A stretch of 63,051 nucleotides of DNA, the filler included, from Olpidium bornovanus S191 (Eukaryota > Fungi > Olpidiomycota): NCBI GenBank assembly GCA_017911155.1. It is 28 parts of 28 records of this genome, joined end to end, with 100 filler letters (N's around TTAATTAATTAA, not from the genome) between each part and the next. Parts side by side here need not be neighbours in the genome. Positions count along the whole stretch, not along the records: positions 22,325 to 24,009 come from JAEFCI010010194.1; positions 24,110 to 27,162 come from JAEFCI010011066.1; positions 27,263 to 29,105 come from JAEFCI010009053.1; positions 29,206 to 30,590 come from JAEFCI010006502.1; positions 30,691 to 33,236 come from JAEFCI010012564.1; positions 33,337 to 34,535 come from JAEFCI010012365.1; 22 more parts are not named here. One strand, given 5' to 3'. Position 1 is the stretch's first letter, and every line of letters starts with the position of its first letter. Below the pieces are notes generated by a model. It ran no database searches. It was given only the letters and a program-made list of their open reading frames with translations, and was not told where the DNA came from. Positions 22,420 to 34,635 of the stretch are shown in pieces. The translations under genes and the position numbers were made by a program.

Positions 22420-24009
22420 CTTTAACCGGGATTTCCCAGAACATGGCTGGATCCAACTTCCAGCTGGCTTATTCGGTCTTCATTGGAGCGAGTCCCAAAC
22501 ATACCGTTATTAAGCTTGCTGACAATACTACCGGCGGATGCCAGCTAAGTTCGTCGCGAACGTCGATGCTGTGTTACTTCAAGGCCGACGCGGAATTCAA
22601 AGAGGTGAACAGTCTTTCAAACAACGAAAACGAAAAACACCCCGCTTTGAGCAACGGGCGTCTCTAAGTGCTCGTCCCGGCACAGATTCCGGCGATTCCT
22701 TCCGCCAGGCTGGTGACGGAAGTGCGCGCAATTCACCCTGAGCGGCGGGATAATGAAGTCCCTTTTGGGTGGACGTTACTGGAACTATTCACGGAGGCCA
22801 CCCTTGAAGTCGGAAAATGGTACGAGCTTCGTTCTCAAAATTGAGTTCTCTCAAAGTTCCCTAGTCTGATGATGTGACGTGGGCGATCAGGTCGTTGCCG
22901 TTATTTCAGCCGCCGCTGGACGTTTCTAGGGACACCGCAGGAATTTATGCCGACGCAAAGTTAGCGCCTCGTGTGATCCCCTTCCCCACCCACCCCCCTC
23001 TTTTTTTTCGCCGTCTGAAGTGAACGTTAAATTGTGCTTTTCCAGTCGCGTAGACGACGCGGCGCTGCATCTTCGGGTTGTGGATTCAGCGGCAGCGGGG
23101 CAGCAGAAAGACGCAGTCGTTGACGAAGTGAAATTGGAGTACTACACGCTCAAGACGCACGCAAACGCTGCGGCGCGGTTCATTTCTGCGTTGGAACCTG
23201 CGTCGAAGCAGCCGGCGGTTTTCACTTCGGGGGAGGATGCGCCGTTTCTCCCGCGCCTGCATAGCCGGCAGCACTATGCGTACGACTACGCCCCCTCCTC
23301 ACGACATCAAGCGAGGACTTTAGCGCGCGCAGGCCGCGACCCCCTAGAGCCCGCGCCCGCGCCCCGGAGGAGCGCGCGCACCCCGATCGACGAGCGCATC
23401 GACAATTCGGTCGAGTCGCTCGGCCCCGTGCTGCCGCAGCTCCACAGCCGCCGGCGGGACGCAGTCATTGGCGGTTCGGCTCAACGGACGCGGCACACGG
23501 AAGCGGAGCAGCAGGTCGCTTCGCGAAGTTCCGTCGAATTGGCCGGCCACCCACCGCAGGCCGAGGGAGGCCCGGATCCGGATCGACGGAAGCAGCGAAA
23601 AGCTTCTGACGCCAAAGAACGGCGGCCGTCCGCGCAAAACCAAACAATCAAGCCGGCGGCAGATTATGACGCGAAAGCTGTCGTCTCGCCGGAGGCGCCG
23701 CAGCCCGCCGTACCAGACAAACCTCACTGCAGGTAACGTAACTGCTTATATTTAGAAGTGGTTGCTGCAGCACTCGTTGACTCCGGTCCCGTTTCACCGT
23801 GCAGCGTCGGAATCCGCCTCGAGCAGGTTGCAGAAATAATCGATGTCGACTTCCTCGTGCGAGTCCGCGTTACGACGATTGCCGATGTAGACAACAAAGA
23901 CTTAAACGCCGCAATGTGGATAAGCTCTCCGCCGCAGGTAAACAAACGTACCGACACCTCTGATTTGGCAGGAAAGGCCTCAATTTTTTTTTTCTGGGCT
24001 GATTCCATG
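22420..24009 (+). CDS. CCDC17-like protein with C2-type beta-sandwich region(s); multi-exon, partial
   Basis: FQLAYSVFIG...; SARLVTEVRAI...VPFGWTLLELFTEATLEVGKW|..LPLFQPPLD...; DAALHLRVVDSAAAGQQ...EYY follows my recollection of the CCDC17 C-terminal pattern (ELQ...GW..L.LFD...GRW..PL...L.LRLVNARDA..Q). A second beta-rich unit VGIRLEQVAEI starts near 23800. Confidence 0.45.
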
Positions 24010-25490
24010 NNNNNNNNNNNNNNNNNNNNNNNNNNNNNNNNNNNNNNNNNNNNTTAATTAATTAANNNNNNNNNNNNNNNNNNNNNNNNNNNNNNNNNNN
24101 NNNNNNNNNGACGCTTTCAGGCGCGCCCCCACGGAGGGGCGGGGCCCCGTCGGCAGTACGTGGGATTCCATCTTCCGTCGCCGAGCAAGCCGTTGGCCCC
24201 GTTCGACTCTGCAAAGACTTTGGCGTCATGTGTAGTTTATGTACTTTTTTTTTCCGCCCCCACTATACCTTGATTTTTTTTGCGGCTGCCGGTGTAATTT
24301 TTTTTTTTGGCACCGCGCCGATGCGGCGGTATAATTGTCGCCCGTCACATATATGATCCGTTTAACCGAAACAAGCCAGCCCACGAGACTTGTGGATCGA
24401 CTGAAAGCAGCGGAACTCACTCAGGGATTGTATTAGTAGATTCACCATGTTGATTCCGTTCGCACGAAGCGACGTGTGCGCTCGGTTGTCAATGCAGCGC
24501 GAGAAATGAAAATGGAAAGACGAGGCGGCAAAAAAGGGAAAATGAAAAGACGAGGCACCAAAGCAAAAAGGGTTGAGGTGCCTCGAAGAACACGATAAAT
24601 AATGAATGGGCAAACACATGGGTGGGGGTGCGCCAACTGATATCCTAACGGGGGAAGAACCTCGGACCTCCACTCGTTGTAAAGCTTCGTCGCGTCGGTT
24701 GCCTACGTACCCCCAGTTGCCTGGGATCAGAGGCTGCGTAATTCTTAAACGTTCTAAGAGTTTTTTTGTGATAAGCATAAGAATAAATAAAATAAATAGA
24801 ATAAGCAAAACAAATAAAGTAAGTATAATAAGTAAATCAAGTAAAGAAGATCTTGCGCGTAGCTTATCTACCTGTGATTTGATGCGGTTTGATTACAGGT
24901 TAAAGCATCGTTTGGCATGGGAACAAGCGGCGAGAAAAATATTTGCAGCACAGGTATACCAAGATTATCTCATTTTTTTAGAAGGTTGAAAAAAAAGGGT
25001 GTCAGCATGGCAATTGCTTGAAAAGGACAGGGAAATGAATCTGGCAAAAATACGATGTTTCGGTAACCGTAGAGTCCAGCCTTACACTAAGAGCAGTAGA
25101 AGCGAAGGAGTGAGCGTTAACAGGGAAACGAAAAAAAAGGTAGATCAAACGGAAGCGTGGCATTTACGTCCTTCGCTCTCCGCCGCTGCAAGCGGGCCCC
25201 AATCCGGAGCAGTGCTTCGTTTACTTGAGCACCGGAGTCGGGCCCAGGTAGGTGAAGGCGTCGCTGCCTATTGCGGCCTGGAGGTTTGCGTGGTCAGGCA
25301 GGTCGCCAAAACCCCCTTACAGGCAAAAAAAAAAGAAAAAAAAACACGGTATTCTTGGCCCCGCTTACGGTAACGACGTCGTCACCCCTGTTCGCATGGC
25401 GGACGACCATCATCTCCCGATCGAGGTTACTACCGCTCGCACCCGGCCTCCGCCAAATTTGAGGATGGTGACGAAGGCCCCGAAGCCCGC

Positions 25491-25525
<35 letters not shown>

Positions 25526-25619
25526 CCACAAAATGTCGTCGCTGGCAAGTTGAAATCGGCAGCCAGCGTCGTTCCGGCCCTTCCGCCCCTGGTTCAACAG
25601 CGGAAACGGCCGGTTGCGA

Positions 25620-26980
25620 TTACCTCCGATGCGAACAGCGGTTCCTCCTCGGTTTCTCGGGAATCGTGCCGAGTTTCTCTGGATCGCAGGGGGGAGGGGA
25701 AGGGGTGGGAGGCAAAAAATAAAAACGGAAGAAAAAGGCGAACGAACAGATCAGCGTTTCGTAAAATAACAAAAACGGATTTGAAGGCATTGTCGATTGA
25801 TGCGTTTGACTCACGGGCCGGGCATTACCGGATCTGGGGCGAGAGGGGGTGACGTTAGCGGCGGTGGCGGGGGAGGCGACGGCAAAGGCGGTCGCGGCGG
25901 CGAGGGCGGGCGCGGCAAAGGCGGGCCCGGCGAAGGCGATGGCGGACGGAGAGGTTGAGGCGATAGCGGCGGCCCCGGGATCCGGCACACCGCCGGGATC
26001 CCACCGACGGTGGCGAACAGATCCATAAGCAACTTTTTATTGTCGGTGATATCCCCGGAAAAAGGAATGCCGCGCAAGCGTATTTGATCAGCTTCGGTTT
26101 TTTTTTTTTCACAGCAAAGTGGACAAAAATTTTCCATGTTCGCATATGACATTTACTCGCTGGTCGGATGTCGCCGGACCACGCGAACGATAAAAAACTA
26201 GGGAAACGTTGGAGAGAACGACGAAAACCGCTTCGTCGGCGCGGCTGCGACTTTGGCCGAAGTACTCCAGGAGGTTTTGCTGCCCGACTTTTAGCGTCGT
26301 CCACTACGGCCCCCTCCCCACCTTTTGCCGGCAAAGTTACTGTTTAACGGGGGCCTTCTTGGCGCGTCCGAGCTGTGGCCAACCGCACCCGCAGCAGGGC
26401 CGTCGGCGTCGGCGGCGGAGCCCGAGCTACGGAGAGCCGGAGACCGGACGGGCCCTGCGGGGGTGGCGGGGCCGGCGGAGGCGTCGTGAGCGGGGGAGGC
26501 GTCGACGGGCCGGCGGCGGCGTCGGGGGAGCCGTCTGCGTCGGGGGCGGCGGCGGCGTCGGGGACCGGCGGCGGCGTCGGGGACCGGCGGCAGCGTCGGT
26601 GGCGGCGGCGGCGTCGGGGCCGGCGGCGGCGTCGGGGGCGGCGTCGGGGCCGGCGGCGGCGTTGGGGGCGGCGGCGGCGTCGGGGGCGGCGGCGGCCTCG
26701 GGGGTGCCGGGGGCGGCTCCCGCTGGGCCGGGGGTTGCTGCGGGTGCCGGCACGAGCGGAAGGGCAGCCGGGAGCGGCAGGACGTTGCGGCCGGCGGGAG
26801 CGCAAACCCGCGGCGCCGGCGCCGGCGGAGGTGCCAGCTCGAGAGGCAGCGGCGGCGGTGGCGGCGGCGGCGTCGGTGAGCCCCGAGCGGGCGAAGGGGG
26901 GGCGGCGGCGCCGTGTCCGTTCCCTTTGGCGCAAAAACGCGCTGATGGGCGTGCGCTGATCCGCCCCCCTTCCCCCCCAC
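25620..26980 (-). CDS. Probable Pro/Ala-rich low-complexity protein; frame unresolved (tandem PTPPP(A/P)/PDAAA repeats, likely frameshifted in the assembly)
   Basis: A degenerate 15-18-nt GC-rich tandem array at about 26510-26700 and globular-looking exon fragments QNLLEYFGQSRSRADEAVFVVLSNVSLVFY and QIRLRGIPFSGDITDNKKLLMDLF. Confidence 0.3.
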
Positions 26981-27103
26981 CCGGAAAACGTGTCCAAGGT
27001 TTTTTTTTTTATCTCCCCCTTATCTTCCTCTTACCCCACTCCAGGCCCCCTTCGCCCCCCCGCACCACAGAAATACCCGGGACCTCCGCGGGCGGGGGCG
27101 GTG

Positions 27104-27162
<59 letters not shown>

Positions 27163-27267
27163 NNNNNNNNNNNNNNNNNNNNNNNNNNNNNNNNNNNNNN
27201 NNNNNNTTAATTAATTAANNNNNNNNNNNNNNNNNNNNNNNNNNNNNNNNNNNNNNNNNNNNGCCAG

Positions 27268-27307
<40 letters not shown>

Positions 27308-29040
27308 ACCGAGCCCCGGCCGGGCCGCCGCCGCCCGCAACTGCGGCGTCTCGCACCCCGTGTCACGCCTCCACCCCCTTCTCAACAGCAGTTCAAATCT
27401 GATTATATCTATAATAGGGGGCGTCAAACATCTGGTTTTTCTTTTTGTCAATGATTAGGCGGTTCGAATCCGAATTAGACTGCGGTTCATGGGGTCTTAT
27501 CGAGGCCGAGAAATCGTGTCGATCTCCTCACGGAGGGACCGATACAATTTCTCCCAATTGAACTCCACAATTCGGAATTATCACACACACACACACACTC
27601 CAACAGTTCCGCACCACGAAACCCCGCGACCTCCGAGACTCCAACCCGTCTCCCGCTCTCTATGCCGACCCACTCTCAGTAGTACGGTGAGGGGCTGCTC
27701 CTACTGGCATTGGCAGCTGTGGACGGCGCTCCTGACACGCGGTTGTTGCTCTGCAGAAGCTGTTTGGAGCGTGGCCAACAGGCCGCGCAGCTCACGAGCA
27801 GATAGACTCTCCATAGCTTCATAGTGTCCCACCGCTCACCCAGTCTCATCTAAAAAAGGATAATTCGGCTACTGAACCTCTAATTTGGATGACATACACA
27901 ATACTTCTTTTAGTCGAGTTCTTGATTTCACTGGACTTCTCGTTCCGGGTTTGACGCCCACTGCTTCCTTGCGCCAGCTTTTCTTTCTGGTGTGATCACC
28001 CCTCCCCTTGGAAAAGCACCGCGACGTGTCCACGGGCGCGCCACATTTAGCAGGGGTAACGAAAATGGCTTTAACTTAATGGAAAAGAGCAGATTTAGTG
28101 ATCTGGGGAAATTTATAATTTCCTGCTGCAAATTTTCAGTTATTTTTATACGAAAGTGCGTTTTCTTTCTTAACGCATTCCGGCGCCCTCGCACTCCCGG
28201 GAGGCGGGCCGGCGGCGGCCGGAGGCGGGCTGGCGGCGGGGTCCGCCGCGTTGCAGCCGTGTTCTGCTGGGCGAGGTACAACATGTCAGCTGTAGCAACA
28301 AAAGACACATTGATGAGGAATAGTGAATAAGAACCTCGCCGTATACCGCGACTGTGCTTCTCTGATGGGCAAGGCACATGTCAGTTGTAGCAATGGACGA
28401 CACGGGAGGTGCGGAAAAGTGAATGCGAAACCTGGTCTTGGTTTTGCAGGGTGTGCCAAGACCGCGCGGGCTGCGTCGACCACAAGTGCATCTTTGCGCA
28501 CTTTTTTTCGATTATAAAGGCTCAGCCGGTTTGGGGCATCGCTGCTGCCCGCCCCCCCCGTCTGAGGCTGTTGTGGTGATGATTTCCTTGGTCGTGTTAT
28601 CAATGGTCATCGGACCGGGGAACGGAAGCGGGGTCGCGGAGCGCGGGGAGGGAGGGCGGGGAGCGGGGAGCGCGGGGGGATCGGGCGAGCTTTCCTTTCC
28701 CCTTTTATACCTCCTCTCAACGACACGCCGTGTCGCGTGGGCTTTTCGAGAGAGGGAGAGGAGGGTTCGCGTAGCAAAAAAAGACGGGAGAGGGCGCCAT
28801 TGTCACACGCGCGCGTTAGGCAGGATAGAGAGAGAGAGAGAGAGAGAGCTCCCGCCCACTCGGGCTGTCTTGCTGCCGGTACGCCCGTCCGCAGCGGCTT
28901 CCTCTCTCCCGCCAGCACTTCCCCGCCCCGCGCACCCCCGGCGCTCCCCTGCCCCGCGCAACAGTTCGGCGCGTAAAACGCATGTGCAGCGCTGAAGCAC
29001 CCTCTGAAGCACCCTGAAGCACCCCACACGCATCCTCTCT

Positions 29041-29090
<50 letters not shown>

Positions 29091-29271
29091 CCCCTCTCCC
29101 CCCCCNNNNNNNNNNNNNNNNNNNNNNNNNNNNNNNNNNNNNNNNNNNNTTAATTAATTAANNNNNNNNNNNNNNNNNNNNNNNNNNNNNNNNNNNNNNN
29201 NNNNNAAAGAAATATGTGTATAAAAAAATTCCGTGTCTTTCTCCCGCACCGTTGGCCGCTCGAGCCATCAA

Positions 29272-30472
29272 TCAGCGGCGCGACGGGCCACCAACCGGAA
29301 GGAGGGTGTCGGAAGTGTCCATCATGACGAAGACGGCTGTGCCGATCCTCGTGAAGTTGAGAATGTACGAGCTGGTGATGAGGGCGGAAGTCACGAGGTG
29401 GTGGAGGACCATCTCAAAGTGATCCTTGCGTTTGGTTTCGGTCTGGACCACCCAGTGCTGGGATATCCAGAAGCCGGCCTGGCTCAGGTAGTACCATTTC
29501 TGCAAAGCGCTCATCTCCAGGTGCGGGTAACCCTCCCAGAACTTCTCGGTGCGGTAGTACCACGTCGGGGAGTGGTACATGACGTACATGCCGATGCTCC
29601 AGTAGACCGAGTAGTAGAGGAAAACCCACCCTTGCTCCGCGAACCGCACGCTTTTGGGAGGCGCGGACGGCGCTTTCGCGTAGGATGACAAGAGCGAGCC
29701 GCGGCGGGCGTCCTCCGCCAAAACGGCTTCGGCCTTCCGCGCGGCGGGGGCCGCCGCCCGCTGCGTCTCCCGCCCCGACCGTTCCCGCGCGAACCAGCGC
29801 TGCGCGAACGGGACGAACACGTAGGTCATCGCGGCGCTCCGCAGGAAGGCGAACAGGACGACGTGGAAGGCGACGAGGTACAAGTCGTCCTGGCTCTTCA
29901 CGTAGTACACGCTGCCGTCCTCCCTCGTCCGGCGCCCCCGGAGGCGGACAAACCGGCCAGCGCCCGGGATCGCCAGGGCATTGGCCGACAGCACCGCCAG
30001 GAGCACCCATCTCGTGATCCCTTTGGAAGGATGGGCAGACGTGGGGGAAGAAACCGCGCGTTGGGTGGGGTGGGGTGGGGTGTGTGTGTGTGTGTGGTGT
30101 GTGTGGAGGCGATCAATTAAAGGCGGGGGCGGTGGGCGGTGAAAACCGAGCGCTTTCGATTATGACGTCATCCGGCGGTTTTCGGGGGACGGGAAGGGGC
30201 CCCCGGAGCGAAGAACCACTCGCTGCGATGCAGGCAGCCGGCCGGGGGCAAGAGGTCGTGAAGCGGGCGTCCCGTTGCGGAGCCTCCCCGCGTCTTTTGC
30301 ACGCAAGATTCTGGGGCGGGGTGGAGGGAAAAAGGCTTCGGGAGGGGACTCACACAGCTGATTCGCGACGAGTCTCCTCAGCAGCGACCCGTCTCGGGGC
30401 TTGTTCGTCCCGCCCTTCGCCGCCCCCGCGGGAGCGGAAGGCGGCGGGGAGTCTCGCCGCCTCGGCTTCCAT
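29272..30472 (-). CDS. LAG1: Ceramide synthase (Lag1/Lac1, TLC domain); 3' partial
   Basis: KSQDDLYLVAFHVVLFAFLR...RFAEQGWVFLYYSVYWSIGMYVM...FWEGYPH...KWYYLSQAGFW...KRKDHFEMVLHHLVTSALITSSYILNFTRIGTAVFVMMDTSD (Lag1 motif with the HH pair). The LAG1 versus LAC1 paralogue is not resolved, and the first exon (start 30472) is tentative. Confidence 0.95.
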
Positions 30473-30841
30473 GGCCGGAGCCGTTCGCGCGGGCCAGCGA
30501 AACGAGCTCCAGAGGCCGCGACGCCAGGGAGCTTCTTTCCGGCGGCGTTGGCGTTGGCGGCGGCGACCGCGGCGACCGCCGGCGTTGCACNNNNNNNNNN
30601 NNNNNNNNNNNNNNNNNNNNNNNNNNNNNNNNNNTTAATTAATTAANNNNNNNNNNNNNNNNNNNNNNNNNNNNNNNNNNNNNNNNNNNNCATGATCCTC
30701 GCAGCGACGGCTCCGTGTACGGCCTATACGCCTAAGCGGCGTGAATAATGACGCAACGTTCCTGGTGAGACCTCACATCGGAAATCAGACAATGGCGGGA
30801 GTGGCGGGAAAAGTGACGGCGAAACGGGAAGTACCAACTTT

Positions 30842-32437
30842 TCAAGAGTATGCGGCAGGCAACTTCTGAGTCAATTCCCGAGAGTGGCGATCCGCCTGCC
30901 TGACCGGCTCTGCTGGTCGAGGGGAACCCGTTAAAATTCGAAAAAAAGGCAAATAAAATCAGTTTGCCGGGAGTTCGTGCTGAAAATCGAGCCTGGCGAA
31001 CCCCGTTTTATTTTTCCGACCTGTCACCCTGAACCTGCTGCACGCCAGCGTCAGCTTGACCGCGGTGCGCAGGCTGACCCGGTGACCGACCGACACGAAG
31101 ACCGGATTACGCACGCCCTCGCAGGGTATAACGGCCTGCGTTATTGGAGAATGCAAAAGAAATCAAATTTTGTCCCCGTCCTAGCCGGCTGGACCGCAAG
31201 CCCGCTCAAGCGAGGCAACGCACGGCTCCGATCACCGAACCGTTGCCGTGGAGGCCGCCAAGTCGAAGGTCTAGACTGTCGCCCGACTTCCTCAGTCTTT
31301 GCGCGCTGAAGCGTTTCACGGCCGCGACGGTCAGGAAGTCACCGTCTCGCCCTTCGATCTGCAAGAAGTTTTTGGACACCCCGATCGTTGGAATGTCGGC
31401 CAAAACGCCGACGTGGCAGGCGATGCCGAACTGCAGCGGGGGCAGGGTTCCGTTGCCGTCAAGAAAAAGCACCTGTGTTGGAGGTAGAGAAGACGGGAGT
31501 TAACCCGACGGCATCGTGGAGGGAGACTTGCTTTGCGTTCCAACGACCGATCGCACCTGAGGTACGAGGGTCGGGCAACGGGAACGCAGCCTACTGATTA
31601 AGTCGAGGACTGCCGGTGCCTCCCTGAAGGCCAGAAACCCGGCGACGTACGGTTCGCTGAGTTCCAGGATCGCATTGTCTTCGTACACAAGCTGCAAATA
31701 TAAAAGAAGTGGAAACCGTTGGGGAGGGGGGCCGGGGGTGTTGGTCCCCGACATGCGCCGAAAGAACGTCGGGGGGCCGATAACGCACCTCCAGCGTTGG
31801 AAATCTCAGCACCACGAGAGACGCCACAGCGCGGTTCCCGTGGCCGCCGTCTTCCTTCGGAAAGCTGATGTCCGCGCCCCCCACGAGGCTCAGACCGTCG
31901 AATCTCGGCGGGACCGAACCTTCGCCGTCCACTACCACAAAATCCAGTCGGTCATCCTCCGTGACCAGGCGCTTCCTGAGGTGCAGCTGCTGGCTTGTTT
32001 CGCGTCAGCGCATGACGCGCTCGTTTTTTTTTTTTTTTTTTTTGTTGTTTGACGCCTCGAGCTCGGAGACCTCACCTACACCAAAGGGCCTTCTTCACTT
32101 CGAGCGCGGCGGCGGCCGCCACGGCTGGGGTTGCCACGCAGCGCTCTTCCTGCCGATCGCCGTTGGCAACGCCTTCTCTGGCGCCGCCGCCTGCACCGCC
32201 TCCCGCCTGCCGCCCGTTATCCGCTCCGGGCTGGGGCGGTGATGACGCCCTCGCGGTCGGCGGTGGCGAAAGGGCGGCGGTGGCGGCGTGCACGGCTTCC
32301 GCCTCGCAGTCGCACCCGTCGCCCGCTTCCGTCTCTCCCGTCGCCTCTTCGCTTCCGTCCCCGCACCGGCGGCAGCGCGTGTCGGCGGCGGCGACGTCGC
32401 CGCGCGCTGTCCCTATCATTTTGTCCACCCGCGCCAT
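30842..32437 (-). CDS. ENDOV: Endonuclease V (inosine-specific); multi-exon, start tentative
   Basis: LVGGADISF, PYVAGFLAFRE, LFLDGNG...FGIACHVGVLADIPTIGVSKN, NPVFVSVGHRVSLRTAV and EPVRQAD...*. All four acidic catalytic positions are present. Confidence 0.95.
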
Positions 32438-32679
32438 TCCCCACATCGCGCGGCCGAAGCACCCGAAACCAGAAACAGCCCGCTGGTCTGACGACGAAAA
32501 AAGAACGATCAACATCCGACCCGACGCCCGGTCGTTAGCGGGGATATTCAACGACTAGAAACGCGGTCGGGGTAAGCTTCGTCGCGGTCTTGCGTGCCAA
32601 ATTGAGCAGCCAGTCACGTGTCAAAGACCTAGACTGGTGCGCCTGATGTGACCCGCTTTCCCCACCAATGCATATAACA

Positions 32680-32990
32680 CATGCTGTGAAATCATCATTA
32701 ATGCTTTCGGAGCATCCACACCGGCCTCGCCAAACAAAGCAAAGTAAGCCATGTTTCACATGGCGACCGGCGCCGACACTGCGGTAAAGCACTGCGGTGC
32801 TTCTCGTCCGTGCGGTGTGCGAGACTGCTAAGAAAATTTCCAACAAAAGACTTTTCAACCTTCGATCTGGCGACTTTGCCTGATGACGGTGTGACCCCCG
32901 ACCTCTACCTGTCGCTCTTTGTCCGCCGCGTCCTCACCGACGCAGGCCTCGCGACCGACAGTTCCCATGTCCCGCGCACGGTGTCGGGAA
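32680..32990 (+). CDS. Possible hypothetical protein fragment (two exons), divergent from ENDOV
   Basis: IIINAFGASTPASPNKA(K)|gtaagc...taag|KFPTKDFSTFDLATLPDDGVTPDLYLSLFVRRVLTDAGL: canonical donor and phase-consistent acceptor, no recognisable family. Confidence 0.25.
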
Positions 32991-33336
32991 ATTTCTTGCC
33001 CTGGCGGCCGGGGCGCCCGAACGGAGCCTTTTGTTTTTCCCCCCCCTCTCTCTCGTTGTAAAAACCCGCCGGCGCGGACACACCAGAAAATAATAAACAA
33101 ACGAAGGAACCTTTGAGCGGGCAGCGAACGTTTGGTCCGGACGCCGTGCGACCGTGACCCTCCAACGACGGGGGGTTGGCGCGCTCCTCGGGTTCGAGAA
33201 CCTTGGCTGGGCGCCCGTACGATCGGAGACTCCTTCNNNNNNNNNNNNNNNNNNNNNNNNNNNNNNNNNNNNNNNNNNNNTTAATTAATTAANNNNNNNN
33301 NNNNNNNNNNNNNNNNNNNNNNNNNNNNNNNNNNNN

Positions 33337-33379
<43 letters not shown>

Positions 33380-34635
33380 TTTGTATTCGCGGCTGTGCCG
33401 CGCTTTTTCATACGCTTTTAGTACCGGAATCGACCGACAGAGAGTTTTGTGGACGTTTCGGATGGCGGTGTCCGGAAACCGCAGTTTATTCCGCCCCGAG
33501 TGCCGGGGGGTCTGCGCGGGGAATCCGCTTCGCCTTCGGTTGCGCTAACACAGGTTCCGAGGCCAAAAAAAAAAACTTGTTCTTCTTCAAACCCTGCTCC
33601 GCACCAAAAAAACGGCGCGGGGCCGATTGACCCTTACTCTCGTATCCCCCCTCTTTTCCTTCCTCGCACGCTCCTGATATTCCTTCCTATGAGGACAAAA
33701 AAAAGTAACCCGTTGAACCCTGGAGTTCATCGGTCGCCCCAAGACGTTTTTCTCCTGCTCAAACCACAGGGGGCCCCGCCTCTTCCCCGCTTCGGAAAGG
33801 GTCGCCCAGTTTCCGTCTGCCGAAGCCAAAAGTGGATGTCTCGTTTCGTAGGACCAGTCTCCCTCTGGGGTTAGGGAAAGGCCGGCCCGTAAGAATGCGA
33901 CGAATCCTCGACACAATGGTGCAAGAGAGGATAGGCTGATCAATCGAAATTACGTGGTTCTTTGCGCGCGCGCAAAACGGGCGTAGAAATAATGAAAATC
34001 GAGGGACAATGCCGGCAAGAAAAAAAAAATCGCCTTCACTTGCGCAGAACTTGAGCGCCTTCTGCTCTTTAAACGGCCCCCACCCCCTTGTCAGCAGCCG
34101 AAAGTGGGGTACCAACATCCGACCTCAAAACTCGGAGCAGCGGGACTCCCGTAATGAAGTATCTCGTTTCGGGCTCGGGCTAGTTATCCGATGCAGGGAT
34201 GGCGAGTACTTTATGAGAGTGATCTTTCCACCTAAAACAGCCAAAAGGCGCACCTGCATTCAGGGAATCATTCGCACACTCCAAGCCCACCAGGGGATTA
34301 CAGCCACACAGAAGCAACGCCAGAAAAATAACACTGACCGAGACAGCCGGTCGCTGAGACCGTTCTACCTCGCGATGTTCCCTGTCTCCCCTGGATCTGC
34401 TGGAAACCTCAGGAGGAAGGACCGCACCAGCCGGAGCTCCTCGAGCAGCTCTGTACGGGACTGCAGCAAATCCGGATCTGGCAAATAAAACAAAAAATAA
34501 TAAATAAAAAAGCCTGTCTGCGACCCACACTCATGNNNNNNNNNNNNNNNNNNNNNNNNNNNNNNNNNNNNNNNNNNNNTTAATTAATTAANNNNNNNNN
34601 NNNNNNNNNNNNNNNNNNNNNNNNNNNNNNNNNNN

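Noticed and set aside
25990-26090. IRLRGIPF resembling the quasi-RRM VRLRGLPF
   Set aside because: No second RRM strand motif could be identified, and the exon structure is unresolved.
27263-29105. Coding-looking fragments on this contig, and similarly at 33587-34450, 39600-41436, 42018-42760, 49790-49990, 52728-53010 and 56132-56910
   Set aside because: Some are probably exons of real genes, but I could not assign a family or a consistent splice path, so they are not reported as features.
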